Source: a virus (lineage: Duplodnaviria; Heunggongvirae; Uroviricota; Caudoviricetes). Taken from it: a DNA stretch of 10,322 bases. The DNA lies in IMG/VR virus record IMGVR_UViG_2526164646_000015; one strand, given 5' to 3'. The notes below the pieces were generated by a model, which did no database searches, was not told where the DNA came from, and was given only the letters and a program-made list of their open reading frames with translations. This document shows positions 1 through 7,069 of this stretch, one piece after another. Within the stretch, counting starts at the first letter, position 1; the number at the start of each line of letters is the position of its first letter. The position numbers and the translations under genes were made by a program.

Positions 1-333
1 CTACTTATCCTGTGTGGAAATGAATTATTAGGATTTGTAATAGCGATGATGCACAGTACATACAAAGGGATTATCGCCAACATGGATATATAAGAGTAAG
101 GGACTACTCTCTTTCTATTTTTAATCTATTATCGTTAAACAATAGATTAAATACGATAAGTTAAGCATCATCTCTCATAGTGTTTAAATTAACATATTTT
201 TCAATATAAAAAATAAGACTCTGGCTTCAGTTGTGCGCGGATTTTCTTACAGGTGTAGGATAATAGCCTTCACAAAATAATTATCCGCGCAATTTTCGTG
301 AATGGAGCGCATAGACTAAGGTCAAAATCACAA

Positions 334-763
334 TTATTCATAGATAAAAGTGACACCAATGACTGACTGGACGGTTCCGGCTGAAACCTTGTTTCCTGTT
401 TGTCCATAGGTTGCGCTTAAACCCAGAGGTACTTTGCTTTTATTTACTGTCCCCAGGGAGACATTTTCTCCCGTAGCCAGTATTTTTCCATTACGCATTA
501 GAGTGACACCCACTCCCGATGCTTTTGTTGCATCAGGTGCTGTGTTAGCAAACACTTGTCGGCTACTGTCAGTGGTGGCACCCGAAAGATAAAATGAGAG
601 CTTTTGTTCGCTTGAGCAATATACGCCAAGGGGTATTTCTGCGCTTCCAGGAAAGTCCGGGAGATCCACGGTGACATTACGACTATCAACGGTGCAGCCG
701 CCTGTTGGCATAACAACACTGTTATTTGAAATAATATTCCACGTAAAATTACGCGGATTTCCG
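334..763 (-). pseudogene. FimH-family fimbrial adhesin gene, 3' fragment (C-terminal pilin domain only); 5' part replaced by IS1
   Basis: ORF 334..777 (-) translation (..[42 protein letters not shown]) matches, from memory, the C-terminal pilin domain of E. coli FimH (..PTGGC..LPDYPGS..YC..GVGVQLTRNG..VQSIIGVTFVYQ). The frame runs directly into the IS1 terminal repeat at 764, so the tracked start (TTG at 775-777) is IS1-encoded and no native N-terminus or signal peptide is present. Confidence 0.7.
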
Positions 764-818
764 GGTAATGCTGCCAACTTACTGATTTAGTGTATGATGG
801 TGATTTTAAGGTGCTTGC

Positions 819-1070
819 GTGGCTTCCATTTCCATCAGATGTCCTTCCTGCTCCGCTACTGAAGGCGTGGTGCGTAACGGCAAAAGCACTGCCGGACATC
901 AGCGCAATCTCTGCTCTCATTGCCGTAAAACATGGCAACTACAGTTCACTTACACCGCCTCTCAGCCCGGTACGCACCAGAAAATCATTGATATGGCCAT
1001 GAATGGCGTCGGATGTCGCGCCAGTGCACGCATTATGGGCTTGGCCTCAACACGGTTTTACGTCACTTAA
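819..1070 (+). pseudogene. insA: IS1 insA, C-terminus altered by an apparent 1-nt deletion
   Basis: Translation [73 protein letters not shown] follows canonical InsA, then diverges ([10 protein letters not shown], canonical ..[18 protein letters not shown]). ATGGGCTTGGCC here versus remembered ATGGGCGTTGGCC implies loss of one G. GTG start at 819. Confidence 0.6.
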
Positions 1071-1515
1071 AAAACTCAGGCCGCAGTCGGTAACCTCGCG
1101 CATACAACCGGGCAGTGATGTGATTGTCTGCGCTGAAATGGACGAACATTGGGGCTACGTCGGTGCTAAATCACGTCAGCGCTGGCTGTTTTACGCGTAT
1201 GACAGGATACGGAGGACGGTTGTGGCGCACGTCTTCGGTGAACGCACTCTGGCCACACTGGAGCGTCTTCTGAGCCTGCTGTCGGCCTTTGAGGTCGTGG
1301 TATGGATGACGGATGGCTGGCCGCTGTATGAATCACGCCTGAAGGGAAAGCTGCACGTTATCAGCAAGCGTTACACTCAGCGCATTGAGCGACATAATCT
1401 GAATCTGAGACAACATCTGGCAAGGCTGGTACGGAAGTCACTGTCGTTCTCAAAATCGGTGGAGCTGCATGACAAGGTCATCGGGCATTATCTGAACATA
1501 AAACACTATCAGTAA
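1003..1515 (+). CDS. insB: IS1 InsB (transposase catalytic portion; normally expressed as InsAB' fusion)
   Basis: 170-aa ORF ..[132 protein letters not shown] is near-identical to remembered IS1 InsB. Confidence 0.85.
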   Translation: MASDVAPVHALWAWPQHGFTSLKKLRPQSVTSRIQPGSDVIVCAEMDEHWGYVGAKSRQRWLFYAYDRIRRTVVAHVFGERTLATLERLLSLLSAFEVVVWMTDGWPLYESRLKGKLHVISKRYTQRIERHNLNLRQHLARLVRKSLSFSKSVELHDKVIGHYLNIKHYQ

Positions 1516-1530
1516 GTTGGAGTCATTACC

Positions 1531-2454
1531 CAGGAGTCGCTGAAAAATACGCGTTAATCGAACAATGGCGACAACAATTTCCCATTGAAGCGATGTGTCA
1601 GGTATTTGGTGTATCCAGGAGCGGTTATTACAACTGGGTACAGCATGAACCCTCAGACAGAAAACAAAGTGATGAGCGGCTAAAACTGGAGATTAAGGTG
1701 GCACATATCCGCACTCGCGAAACATATGGAACCCGGCGGCTCCAGACGGAGCTGGCAGAGAATGGCATCATCGTTGGTCGTGACCGACTGGCACGTCTTC
1801 GTAAGGAGCTGAGGCTACGCTGTAAGCAGAAACGCAAGTTCAGAGCAACTACGAACCCGAACCACAATCTGCCAGTTGCGCCAAATCTGCTGAACCAGAC
1901 GTTCGCTCCTACAGCACCAAATCAGGTCTGGGTGGCGGACCTGACGTATGTTGCCACACAGGAGGGATGGTTGTACCTCGCTGGCATCAAAGATGTTTAT
2001 ACGTGCGAAATTGTCGGCTACGCCATGGGAGAGCGCATGACAAAAGAGCTGACAGGTAAAGCCCTGTTTATGGCGCTCAGGAGCCAGCGCCCACCTGCCG
2101 GGCTAATCCACCACTCTGATCGAGGTTCACAGTACTGCGCATACGATTACCGGGTCATACAGGAGCAGTCTGGTCTGAAAACATCAATGTCGCGTAAAGG
2201 TAACTGTTACGACAACGCTCCGATGGAAAGCTTCTGGGGAACGCTGAAAAATGAGAGCCTGAGCCACTATCGTTTTAATAACCGGGATGAAGCCATCTCA
2301 GTAATACGGGAATACATTGAGATTTTCTACAATCGTCAGCGTCGTCACTCTCGTCTGGGGAATATCTCCCCGGCAGCCTTCAGGGAAAAATATCATCAGA
2401 TGGCTGCTTAAAAAAAGAACAAATGGTAGTGTCCGCTATTGCCAGTACACCTCA
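1531..2454 (+). mobile_element. IS600-like (IS3 family) element, 5'-truncated copy lacking about 340 bp including nearly all of orfA
   Basis: 1531-2454 is the reverse complement of the inner 924 bp of the second copy (9123-10046) wherever spot-checked (both junction regions and the orfB start); orfB translations are identical. Homology starts immediately after the IS1 right end and stops at ..GTACACCTCA (2454), a typical IS3-family CA terminus. Confidence 0.85.
1593..2411 (+). CDS. IS600-like orfB transposase (DDE integrase-core domain), IS3 family
   Basis: 272-aa ORF with IS3-family OrfB hallmarks (..WVADLTYV..GWLYLAGIKDVYTCEIVGYAMG..HHSDRGSQYCAYDY..GNCYDNAPMESFWGTLKNE..) and identical to the ORF at 9166..9984 (-). 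orfA, needed for the normal OrfAB frameshift fusion, is missing upstream. Confidence 0.85.
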   Translation: MCQVFGVSRSGYYNWVQHEPSDRKQSDERLKLEIKVAHIRTRETYGTRRLQTELAENGIIVGRDRLARLRKELRLRCKQKRKFRATTNPNHNLPVAPNLLNQTFAPTAPNQVWVADLTYVATQEGWLYLAGIKDVYTCEIVGYAMGERMTKELTGKALFMALRSQRPPAGLIHHSDRGSQYCAYDYRVIQEQSGLKTSMSRKGNCYDNAPMESFWGTLKNESLSHYRFNNRDEAISVIREYIEIFYNRQRRHSRLGNISPAAFREKYHQMAA

Positions 2455-2700
2455 CTGACATGCTAAAGCAAAAAATAGATGAATAAGTTGAGTTGTGCAT
2501 ATGTAGCCTGACCGTCACAAAGTATATGGTGTCTGTACCAGTAAGATGATGGCCGGACTCTTTAAAAAAGAGCTGACCTGCACAATACAGGATGGACTTA
2601 GCAATGGCTGCTCCTGGCACAAAGCGGACAGTGATCACCGTTCTTACGACTACTTTCTGACTTCCTTCGTGACTTGCCCTAAGCATGTTGTAGTGCGATA

Positions 2701-2726
2701 CTTGTAATGACATTTGTAATTACAAG
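2701..2726. promoter_or_regulatory. relO-type operator (TTGTAAT / ATTACAA repeats) in the relB promoter region
   Basis: CTTGTAATGACATTTGTAATTACAAG sits 11 bp upstream of the relB start; it contains direct and inverted TTGTAAT hexads, consistent with the known RelB-RelE operator architecture. Confidence 0.6.
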
Positions 2727-2737
2727 AGGTGTAAGAC

Positions 2738-2977
2738 ATGGGTAGCATTAACCTGCGTATTGACGATGAACTTAAAGCGCGTTCTTACGCCGCGCTTGAA
2801 AAAATGGGTGTAACTCCTTCTGAAGCGCTTCGTCTCATGCTCGAGTATATCGCTGACAATGAACGCTTGCCGTTCAAACAGACACTCCTGAGTGATGAAG
2901 ATGCTGAACTTGTGGAGATAGTGAAAGAACGGCTTCGTAATCCTAAGCCAGTACGTGTGACGCTGGATGAACTCTGA
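2738..2977 (+). CDS. relB: RelB antitoxin
   Basis: 79-aa product MGSINLRIDDELKARSYA..LEK.GVTPSEALRL.LEYIADNERLPFKQTLLSDEDAELVEIVKERLRNPKPVRVTLDEL is near-identical to E. coli K-12 RelB as I recall it; stop overlaps the relE start (TGATG). Confidence 0.95.
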   Translation: MGSINLRIDDELKARSYAALEKMGVTPSEALRLMLEYIADNERLPFKQTLLSDEDAELVEIVKERLRNPKPVRVTLDEL

Positions 2978-3264
2978 TGGCGTATTTTCTGGATTTTGAC
3001 GAGCGGGCACTAAAGGAATGGCGAAAGCTGGGCTCGACGGTACGTGAACAGTTGAAAAAGAAGCTGGTTGAAGTACTTGAGTCACCCCGGATTGAAGCAA
3101 ACAAGCTCCGTGGTATGCCTGATTGTTACAAGATTAAGCTCCGGTCTTCAGGCTATCGCCTTGTATACCAGGTTATAGACGAGAAAGTTGTCGTTTTCGT
3201 GATTTCTGTTGGGAAAAGAGAACGCTCGGAAGTATATAGCGAGGCGGTCAAACGCATTCTCTGA
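2977..3264 (+). CDS. relE: RelE mRNA-interferase toxin
   Basis: 95-aa product MAYFLDFDERALKEWRKLGSTVREQLKKKLVEVLESPRIEANKLRGMPDCYKIKLRSSGYRLVYQVIDEKVVVFVISVGKRERSEVYSEAVKRIL matches K-12 RelE; translationally coupled to relB. Confidence 0.95.
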   Translation: MAYFLDFDERALKEWRKLGSTVREQLKKKLVEVLESPRIEANKLRGMPDCYKIKLRSSGYRLVYQVIDEKVVVFVISVGKRERSEVYSEAVKRIL

Positions 3265-3335
3265 ACCAAAGCATGACATCTCTGTTTCGCACCGAAGGTG
3301 ACACTTCTGCTTTGCGTTGACAGGAGAAGCAGGCT

Positions 3336-3491
3336 ATGAAGCAGCAAAAGGCGATGTTAATCGCCCTGATCGTCATCTGTTTAACCGTCATAGTGACGGC
3401 ACTGGTAACGAGGAAAGACCTCTGCGAGGTACGAATCCGAACCGGCCAGACGGAGGTCGCTGTCTTCACAGCTTACGAACCTGAGGAGTAA
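3336..3491 (+). CDS. hokD: HokD (RelF) Hok-family small membrane toxin
   Basis: Not in the ORF track (below length cutoff). ATG at 3336, TAA at 3489-3491; translation MKQQKAMLIALIVICLTVIVTALVTRKDLCEVRIRTGQTEVAVFTAYEPEE (51 aa) matches HokD/RelF of K-12 Qin from memory. Confidence 0.9.
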   Translation: MKQQKAMLIALIVICLTVIVTALVTRKDLCEVRIRTGQTEVAVFTAYEPEE

Positions 3492-3558
3492 GAGACCCGG
3501 CGAGTGAGAAATCCCTCGCCACCTCTGATGTGGCAGGCATCCTCAACGCACCCGCACT

Positions 3559-3590
3559 AAACCCGCTTCGGCGGGTTTTTGTTTTTATTT
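3559..3590 (+). terminator. Rho-independent terminator downstream of relB-relE-hokD
   Basis: AAACCCGC-TTCG-GCGGGTTTTTGTTTTTATTTT: 5-6 bp GC stem, tetraloop, long T tract on the + strand. Confidence 0.7.
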
Positions 3591-3708
3591 TCAACGCATT
3601 TGAAGTTCTGGATGGTGCCGGAATAGAATCAAAAATACTTAAGTAGCGCGCAGGGATAAAAGGGATGGACCCCGAACAGGGGAGTGCTACTTATCTGGAA
3701 GGATTCTG

Positions 3709-3960
3709 ATGATGAACATCGAAGAACTGCGTAAAATTTTTTGTGAAGATGGCCTCTATGCTGTGTGCGTTGAAAATGGAAATATTGTTAGTCATTACCG
3801 CATTGTGTGTTTGCAAAAAAATGGGGCTGCGTTAATTAATTTTGTGGATGCCCGAGTGACGGACGGATTTATCTTGCGCGACGGTGAGTTTGTCACTTCA
3901 TTACAGGCATTGAAAGAGATCGGAATAAAAGCTGGCTTTTCTGCTTTTTCAGAAGAATAA
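3709..3960 (+). CDS. rem: Rem (small Qin-prophage protein of unknown function)
   Basis: 83-aa ORF MMNIEELRKIFCEDGLYAVCVENG.. has the length and position (just after hokD) of K-12 rem and matches my recollection of it; function unknown. Confidence 0.75.
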   Translation: MMNIEELRKIFCEDGLYAVCVENGNIVSHYRIVCLQKNGAALINFVDARVTDGFILRDGEFVTSLQALKEIGIKAGFSAFSEE

Positions 3961-4026
3961 ACTCATCTACAATCTTGCGCGGGGCTGAACTCCCGCTGAG
4001 TAACACCGTGCCACCGGAGAAAACCG

Positions 4027-4227
4027 ATGGCACGCAACGCAAAATATTACAATCATGATAATTCGACCGTTCTTGCCCACACGCACGAGCGGTATTCTCA
4101 CGCATTTAAGTCAGACTGGTACCAGCATCCCTCATGCACTGAAGAACAGGCCGAATGGCTTATTCAGTGTTACCGCAGGCGCGGATGCGAGGTTAAAAAA
4201 GCCCTTAGCCTCGACTACCGTCACTAG
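4027..4227 (+). CDS. Hypothetical small protein (66 aa), Cys/His-containing, unknown function
   Basis: ORF with a well-placed Shine-Dalgarno (CCGGAGAAAACCG-ATG) between rem and ydfU; no family recognised. Confidence 0.45.
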   Translation: MARNAKYYNHDNSTVLAHTHERYSHAFKSDWYQHPSCTEEQAEWLIQCYRRRGCEVKKALSLDYRH

Positions 4228-4306
4228 ATAATCTCCGTCAGGCTCCCTTACTCCGAACAGCCACCGCGTCCGTCCCGCACATTCCAGCAACGGATCTGGA
4301 GGTAAC

Positions 4307-5356
4307 GTGCGGGTATTACTTCGACCTGTTCTGGTTCCGGAACTCGGGCTGGTGGTCCTTAAGCCCGGTCGTGAATCCATGCCGGTATTCCACAATACCC
4401 GGGTACTGGTGGAGCCGGAACCGAAAAGCATGCGTAATCTGCCGTCCGGGGTCGTTCCTGCCGTTCGCCAGCCGCTAGTGGAAGACAAAACATTGCTGCC
4501 GTTTTTCAGTAACGCACGGGTGATTCGTGCTGCTGGTGGTGCTGGCGCATTGTCTGACTGGCTGTTGCGCCATATTAAATCCTGCCAGTGGCCACACGGC
4601 GATTATCATCACAGCGAAACCGTCATTCACCGTTATGGTACCGGCGCAATGGTATTGTGCTGGCACTGCGACAACCAGCTGCGTGACCAGACATCCGAAT
4701 CACTCGAGCAACTTGCTCATCAAAACCTGTCAGCATGGATGATTGACGTCATCGGTCACGCAATAAGCGGTACGCAGGAGCGTGAATTATCTCTAGCTGA
4801 ATTATCCTGGTGGGCGGTCCGCAATCAGGTGGCGGACGCGCTACCGGAAGCGGTATTACGTCGTTCGCTGGGGTTGCGTGCGGAAAAAATCCGCTCAATG
4901 TACCGTGAAAGCGACATCGTACCGGGAGAGCAGACCGCCACCAGCATACTGAAACAGCGCACAAAAAATCTTGCGCCGCTGCCTCACGCCCACCAGCAAC
5001 AGAACCCACAACAGGAAAAGACGGTGGTCAGCATTGCCGTTGATCCTGAGTCTCCGGAATCTTTCATGAAACGACCTAAACGTCGCCGCTGGGTTAACGA
5101 GAAATACAAACGCTGGGTGAAGACACAGCCGTGTGCGTGTTGTGGTAAGCCAGCCGACGATCCCCATCACCTGATTGGTCATGGTCAGGGCGGAATGGGG
5201 ACCAAATCTCACGATATTTTCACGCTACCGCTGTGTCGGGAGCATCACAACGAGCTTCATGCGGATCCTCTGGCGTTCGAAGAAAAGCATGGTTCTCAGG
5301 TTGATTTAATTTTTCGTTTTCTTGATCACGCCTTTGCAACTGGCGTGCTTGGGTAA
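4307..5356 (+). CDS. ydfU: YdfU-like DUF968 prophage protein with C-terminal Cys/His (HNH-like) motif
   Basis: 349-aa ORF, same length as K-12 YdfU; GTG start at 4307 preceded by GGAGGTAAC; C-terminus ..CACCGKPADDPHHLIGHGQGG..LPLCREHHNELH is the Cys/His cluster typical of DUF968 proteins in lambdoid nin regions. Confidence 0.85.
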   Translation: MRVLLRPVLVPELGLVVLKPGRESMPVFHNTRVLVEPEPKSMRNLPSGVVPAVRQPLVEDKTLLPFFSNARVIRAAGGAGALSDWLLRHIKSCQWPHGDYHHSETVIHRYGTGAMVLCWHCDNQLRDQTSESLEQLAHQNLSAWMIDVIGHAISGTQERELSLAELSWWAVRNQVADALPEAVLRRSLGLRAEKIRSMYRESDIVPGEQTATSILKQRTKNLAPLPHAHQQQNPQQEKTVVSIAVDPESPESFMKRPKRRRWVNEKYKRWVKTQPCACCGKPADDPHHLIGHGQGGMGTKSHDIFTLPLCREHHNELHADPLAFEEKHGSQVDLIFRFLDHAFATGVLG

Positions 5357-5368
5357 AAGAGGTGACTG

Positions 5369-5725
5369 ATGCTCATAGATTTGGTTTTACCTTACCCGCC
5401 GACGGTGAACACTTACTGGCGACGCCGTGGCAGCACATATTTTATCTCGGAGGAGGGAAAGCGTTATCGCCGGGCTGTGGCGCTTATTGTTCGCCAGCAG
5501 CGGCTGAAATTAAGCCTGTCCGGAAGGCTGGCGATAAAGGTGATTGCAGAGCCACCGGATAAGCGTCGTCGCGACCTGGACAATATCCTGAAAGCACCGC
5601 TGGATGCGCTGACGCATGCGGGAGTGTTAATGGACGATGAGCAGTTTGATGAAATCAATATCGTTCGTGGTCAGCCAGTATCTGGTGGACGTCTGGGGGT
5701 GAAGATTTACCCCATAATGCATTAA
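5369..5725 (+). CDS. rusA: RusA-family Holliday-junction resolvase
   Basis: 118-aa ORF with AGAGG RBS; motifs PDKRRRDLDN, DALTHAGVLMDDEQ and GGRL align with E. coli RusA (PDRRRRDLDN, DALTKAGFWLDDAQ, GGRL), including the catalytic acidic residues. Confidence 0.85.
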   Translation: MLIDLVLPYPPTVNTYWRRRGSTYFISEEGKRYRRAVALIVRQQRLKLSLSGRLAIKVIAEPPDKRRRDLDNILKAPLDALTHAGVLMDDEQFDEINIVRGQPVSGGRLGVKIYPIMH

Positions 5726-5739
5726 GAGCAGGTCAAAAA

Positions 5740-6561
5740 ATGAAACTGGAAGATTTACCGAAATACTACTCCCCAAAATCCCCTGGCCTGACCGATGCAT
5801 CGGCCTCAACGTCAAAAGATGCGCTGAGTATCACTGATGTGATGGCCGCGCAGGGCATGACACAGAATCGGGCTGAGATGGGTTTTTCTGCGTTCCTGGG
5901 GAAAATGGGCATCAGTATGAATGACAGGGCGCGGGCAACAGAATTACTGGCAGATTATGCACTCAGTCGGTGCGATCGTGTGGCGGCGTTGAGAAAACTT
6001 CCGGCAGAAATAAAACCGGTAGTGATGCGCATTATGGCTTCGTACGCTTTTGAGGATTATGCCCGCAGCGCAGCGAGTAAAAAGCAGTGCCCTTGTTGCT
6101 ATGGGGAAAAATTTATTGAAAGCATAGTTTTTACAAACAAGATCCAGTATCCGGATGGTAAGCCGCCGGTATGGGCAAAGTGTACGAAAGGTGTGTATCC
6201 GTCTTACTGGGAAGAATGGAAAAAAGTCAGGGAGGTGGTAAAAGTTGCCTGTCCGGAGTGTGGCGGAAAGGGTGAGGTTTCCACCGCCTGTAAGGATTGC
6301 CGTGGGCGTGGTGTCGCCATTCATCGTGAAGAGTCGGTAAAACGTGGTATGCCTGTTATCAGAGACTGCCAGCGTTGTGGTGGTCGTGGCTATGAAAGAC
6401 TACCATCAACGGAGGCATTTAATGCTATATGCGAGGTGACAAACCAGATAACACGCGCGTCATGGGAAAAAACAGTTAAGAAATTTTATGATGCGCTGGT
6501 GACCCGGTTTGATATTGAAGAAGCATGGGCTGAGCGGCAGTTAAAAAAGGTAACTAGGTAA
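5740..6561 (+). CDS. Late-gene antiterminator Q-like protein (QuuQ/phage-82 class) with four DnaJ-type CxxCxG(xG) zinc-finger repeats
   Basis: Position (after ydfU/rusA, immediately before a PR'-like promoter, tR'-like terminator and tRNA genes) is that of Q in lambdoid phages; N-terminus MKLEDLPKYYSPKSP resembles what I recall of K-12 QuuQ; repeats CPCCYGEK, CPECGGKG, CKDCRGRG, CQRCGGRG are read directly from the translation. Family assignment is from memory, not a search. Confidence 0.65.
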   Translation: MKLEDLPKYYSPKSPGLTDASASTSKDALSITDVMAAQGMTQNRAEMGFSAFLGKMGISMNDRARATELLADYALSRCDRVAALRKLPAEIKPVVMRIMASYAFEDYARSAASKKQCPCCYGEKFIESIVFTNKIQYPDGKPPVWAKCTKGVYPSYWEEWKKVREVVKVACPECGGKGEVSTACKDCRGRGVAIHREESVKRGMPVIRDCQRCGGRGYERLPSTEAFNAICEVTNQITRASWEKTVKKFYDALVTRFDIEEAWAERQLKKVTR

Positions 6562-6566
6562 CAAGG

Positions 6567-6595
6567 TTGATTTTTCCGGAATCTGTGGTAAATTC
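6567..6595 (+). promoter_or_regulatory. PR'-like late promoter (sigma70 -35 TTGATT, extended -10 TGgTAAATT)
   Basis: TTGATT (6567-6572), 16-nt spacer, TGgTAAATT (6586-6594), 5 bp after the Q stop codon; matches the position of PR' in lambdoid phages. Confidence 0.55.
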
Positions 6596-6642
6596 GTCAT
6601 GATGATGGGCGTTTTATGCCTGGCGTTAGAAGAGTTTCTACA

Positions 6643-6668
6643 ACCCGCCGCTGAGCGGGTTTTTTTAT
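6643..6668 (+). terminator. tR'-like intrinsic terminator (target of Q antitermination)
   Basis: ACCCGC-CGCTGA-GCGGGTTTTTTTATTG: 6-bp GC stem plus T7 tract about 50-70 nt downstream of the PR'-like promoter, giving a short 6S-like leader transcript. Confidence 0.7.
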
Positions 6669-6705
6669 TGCGAAATTAATTACGGACCGTTATTATTCTG
6701 CTCCC

Positions 6706-6781
6706 GGCCCTTTAGCTCAGTGGTGAGAGCGAGCGACTCATAATCGCCAGGTCGCTGGTTCAAATCCAGCAAGGGCCACCA
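6706..6781 (+). tRNA. tRNA-Ile2 (anticodon CAU, lysidine-type, ileX/ileZ-like)
   Basis: 76-nt cloverleaf: acceptor GGCCCTT/AAGGGCC, D arm GCTC..GAGC, anticodon loop CU-CAT-AA, T arm GCTGG-TTCAAAT-CCAGC, terminal ACCA. Close to remembered E. coli ileX, hence Ile2 rather than Met. Confidence 0.85.
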
Positions 6782-6882
6782 TCACAAACCGCCATTAGCT
6801 TATCAGGAAGAGCAGACGACACGATAACAGGGTTGTTGGTGCGGGGGGCGGGTCCCCGATGGCGGTCCATTATCGGTATTCA

Positions 6883-6959
6883 GCGTTGTTAGCTCAGCCG
6901 GACAGAGCAATTGCCTTCTAAGCAATCGGTCACTGGTTCGAATCCAGTACAGCGCGCCA
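6883..6959 (+). tRNA. tRNA-Arg (anticodon UCU, reads AGA; argU/argO-like)
   Basis: 77-nt cloverleaf: acceptor GCGTTGT/ACAGCGC (one G-U), D arm GCTC..GAGC, anticodon stem ATTGC/GCAAT with loop CT-TCT-AA, T arm ACTGG-TTCGAAT-CCAGT, discriminator G, CCA encoded. Confidence 0.85.
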
Positions 6960-7069
6960 TATTCATTCTTCCAGATTCCTTCCGGCAGAGCCTTATACTG
7001 AAATATACCTGGCTCAGGATATTGTTGAAAATATTATATATTTGTCAAAAATAAAAGTTCTGTTAAGTA

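Larger units (their letters stand above)
764..1530 (+). mobile_element. IS1-family insertion sequence (divergent iso-IS1 variant), both termini present
   Basis: Left terminus GGTAATGCTGCCAACTTACTGATTTAGTGTATGATGGTG at 764 and right terminus ..AAGTTGGAGTCATTACC ending 1530 match the IS1 terminal inverted repeats; internal ORFs are InsA/InsB homologues; length about 767 bp. Many substitutions relative to K-12 IS1 as I recall it. Confidence 0.9.

Noticed and set aside
498-938. 146-aa ORF on the - strand
   Set aside because: Alternative frame overlapping the FimH-like fragment and running across the IS1 terminus into IS1; no independent support, almost certainly an overlap artefact.
790-1002. 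70-aa ORF on the + strand inside IS1
   Set aside because: Alternative frame of the insA region; the IS1 coding content is explained by insA/insB.
1628-1867. 79-aa ORF antisense to IS600 orfB (and its twin at 9710..9949)
   Set aside because: Embedded antisense within a well-supported transposase gene in both IS copies; Arg/Ser-rich composition typical of antisense frames.
2408-2713. 101-aa ORF on the - strand between IS600 and relB
   Set aside because: Its start codon lies inside the relO operator and its last ~16 codons are encoded by the IS600 terminus, so the frame as tracked cannot be a native intact gene. It could be a remnant of the ydfV-like gene found upstream of relB in K-12 Qin, but I cannot verify this from memory.
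2720-3469. ORFs 2720..3100 (-), 3153..3347 (-), 3248..3469 (-)
   Set aside because: All antisense to relB, relE and hokD, which are securely identified; no RBS or family resemblance.
3893-5212. ORFs 3893..4105 (-), 4132..4488 (-), 4475..4666 (-), 4527..4742 (+), 4749..5009 (-), 4895..5212 (-)
   Set aside because: Overlap rem, the 66-aa ORF or ydfU in other frames or strands; Arg/Pro/Ser-rich low-complexity translations typical of spurious frames in GC-richer DNA.
5362-6324. ORFs 5362..5562 (+), 5464..5658 (-), 5627..5815 (-), 5944..6324 (-)
   Set aside because: Embedded in or antisense to the rusA-like and Q-like genes; no independent signals.
6782-6882. Possible third tRNA between tRNA-Ile and tRNA-Arg (by analogy with ileZ-argN-argO in Stx phages)
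   Set aside because: The 100-bp spacer contains a G/C hairpin (CGGGG..CCCCG) but no acceptor stem, T-arm GTTCGAATC motif or anticodon loop; at most a degenerate remnant.
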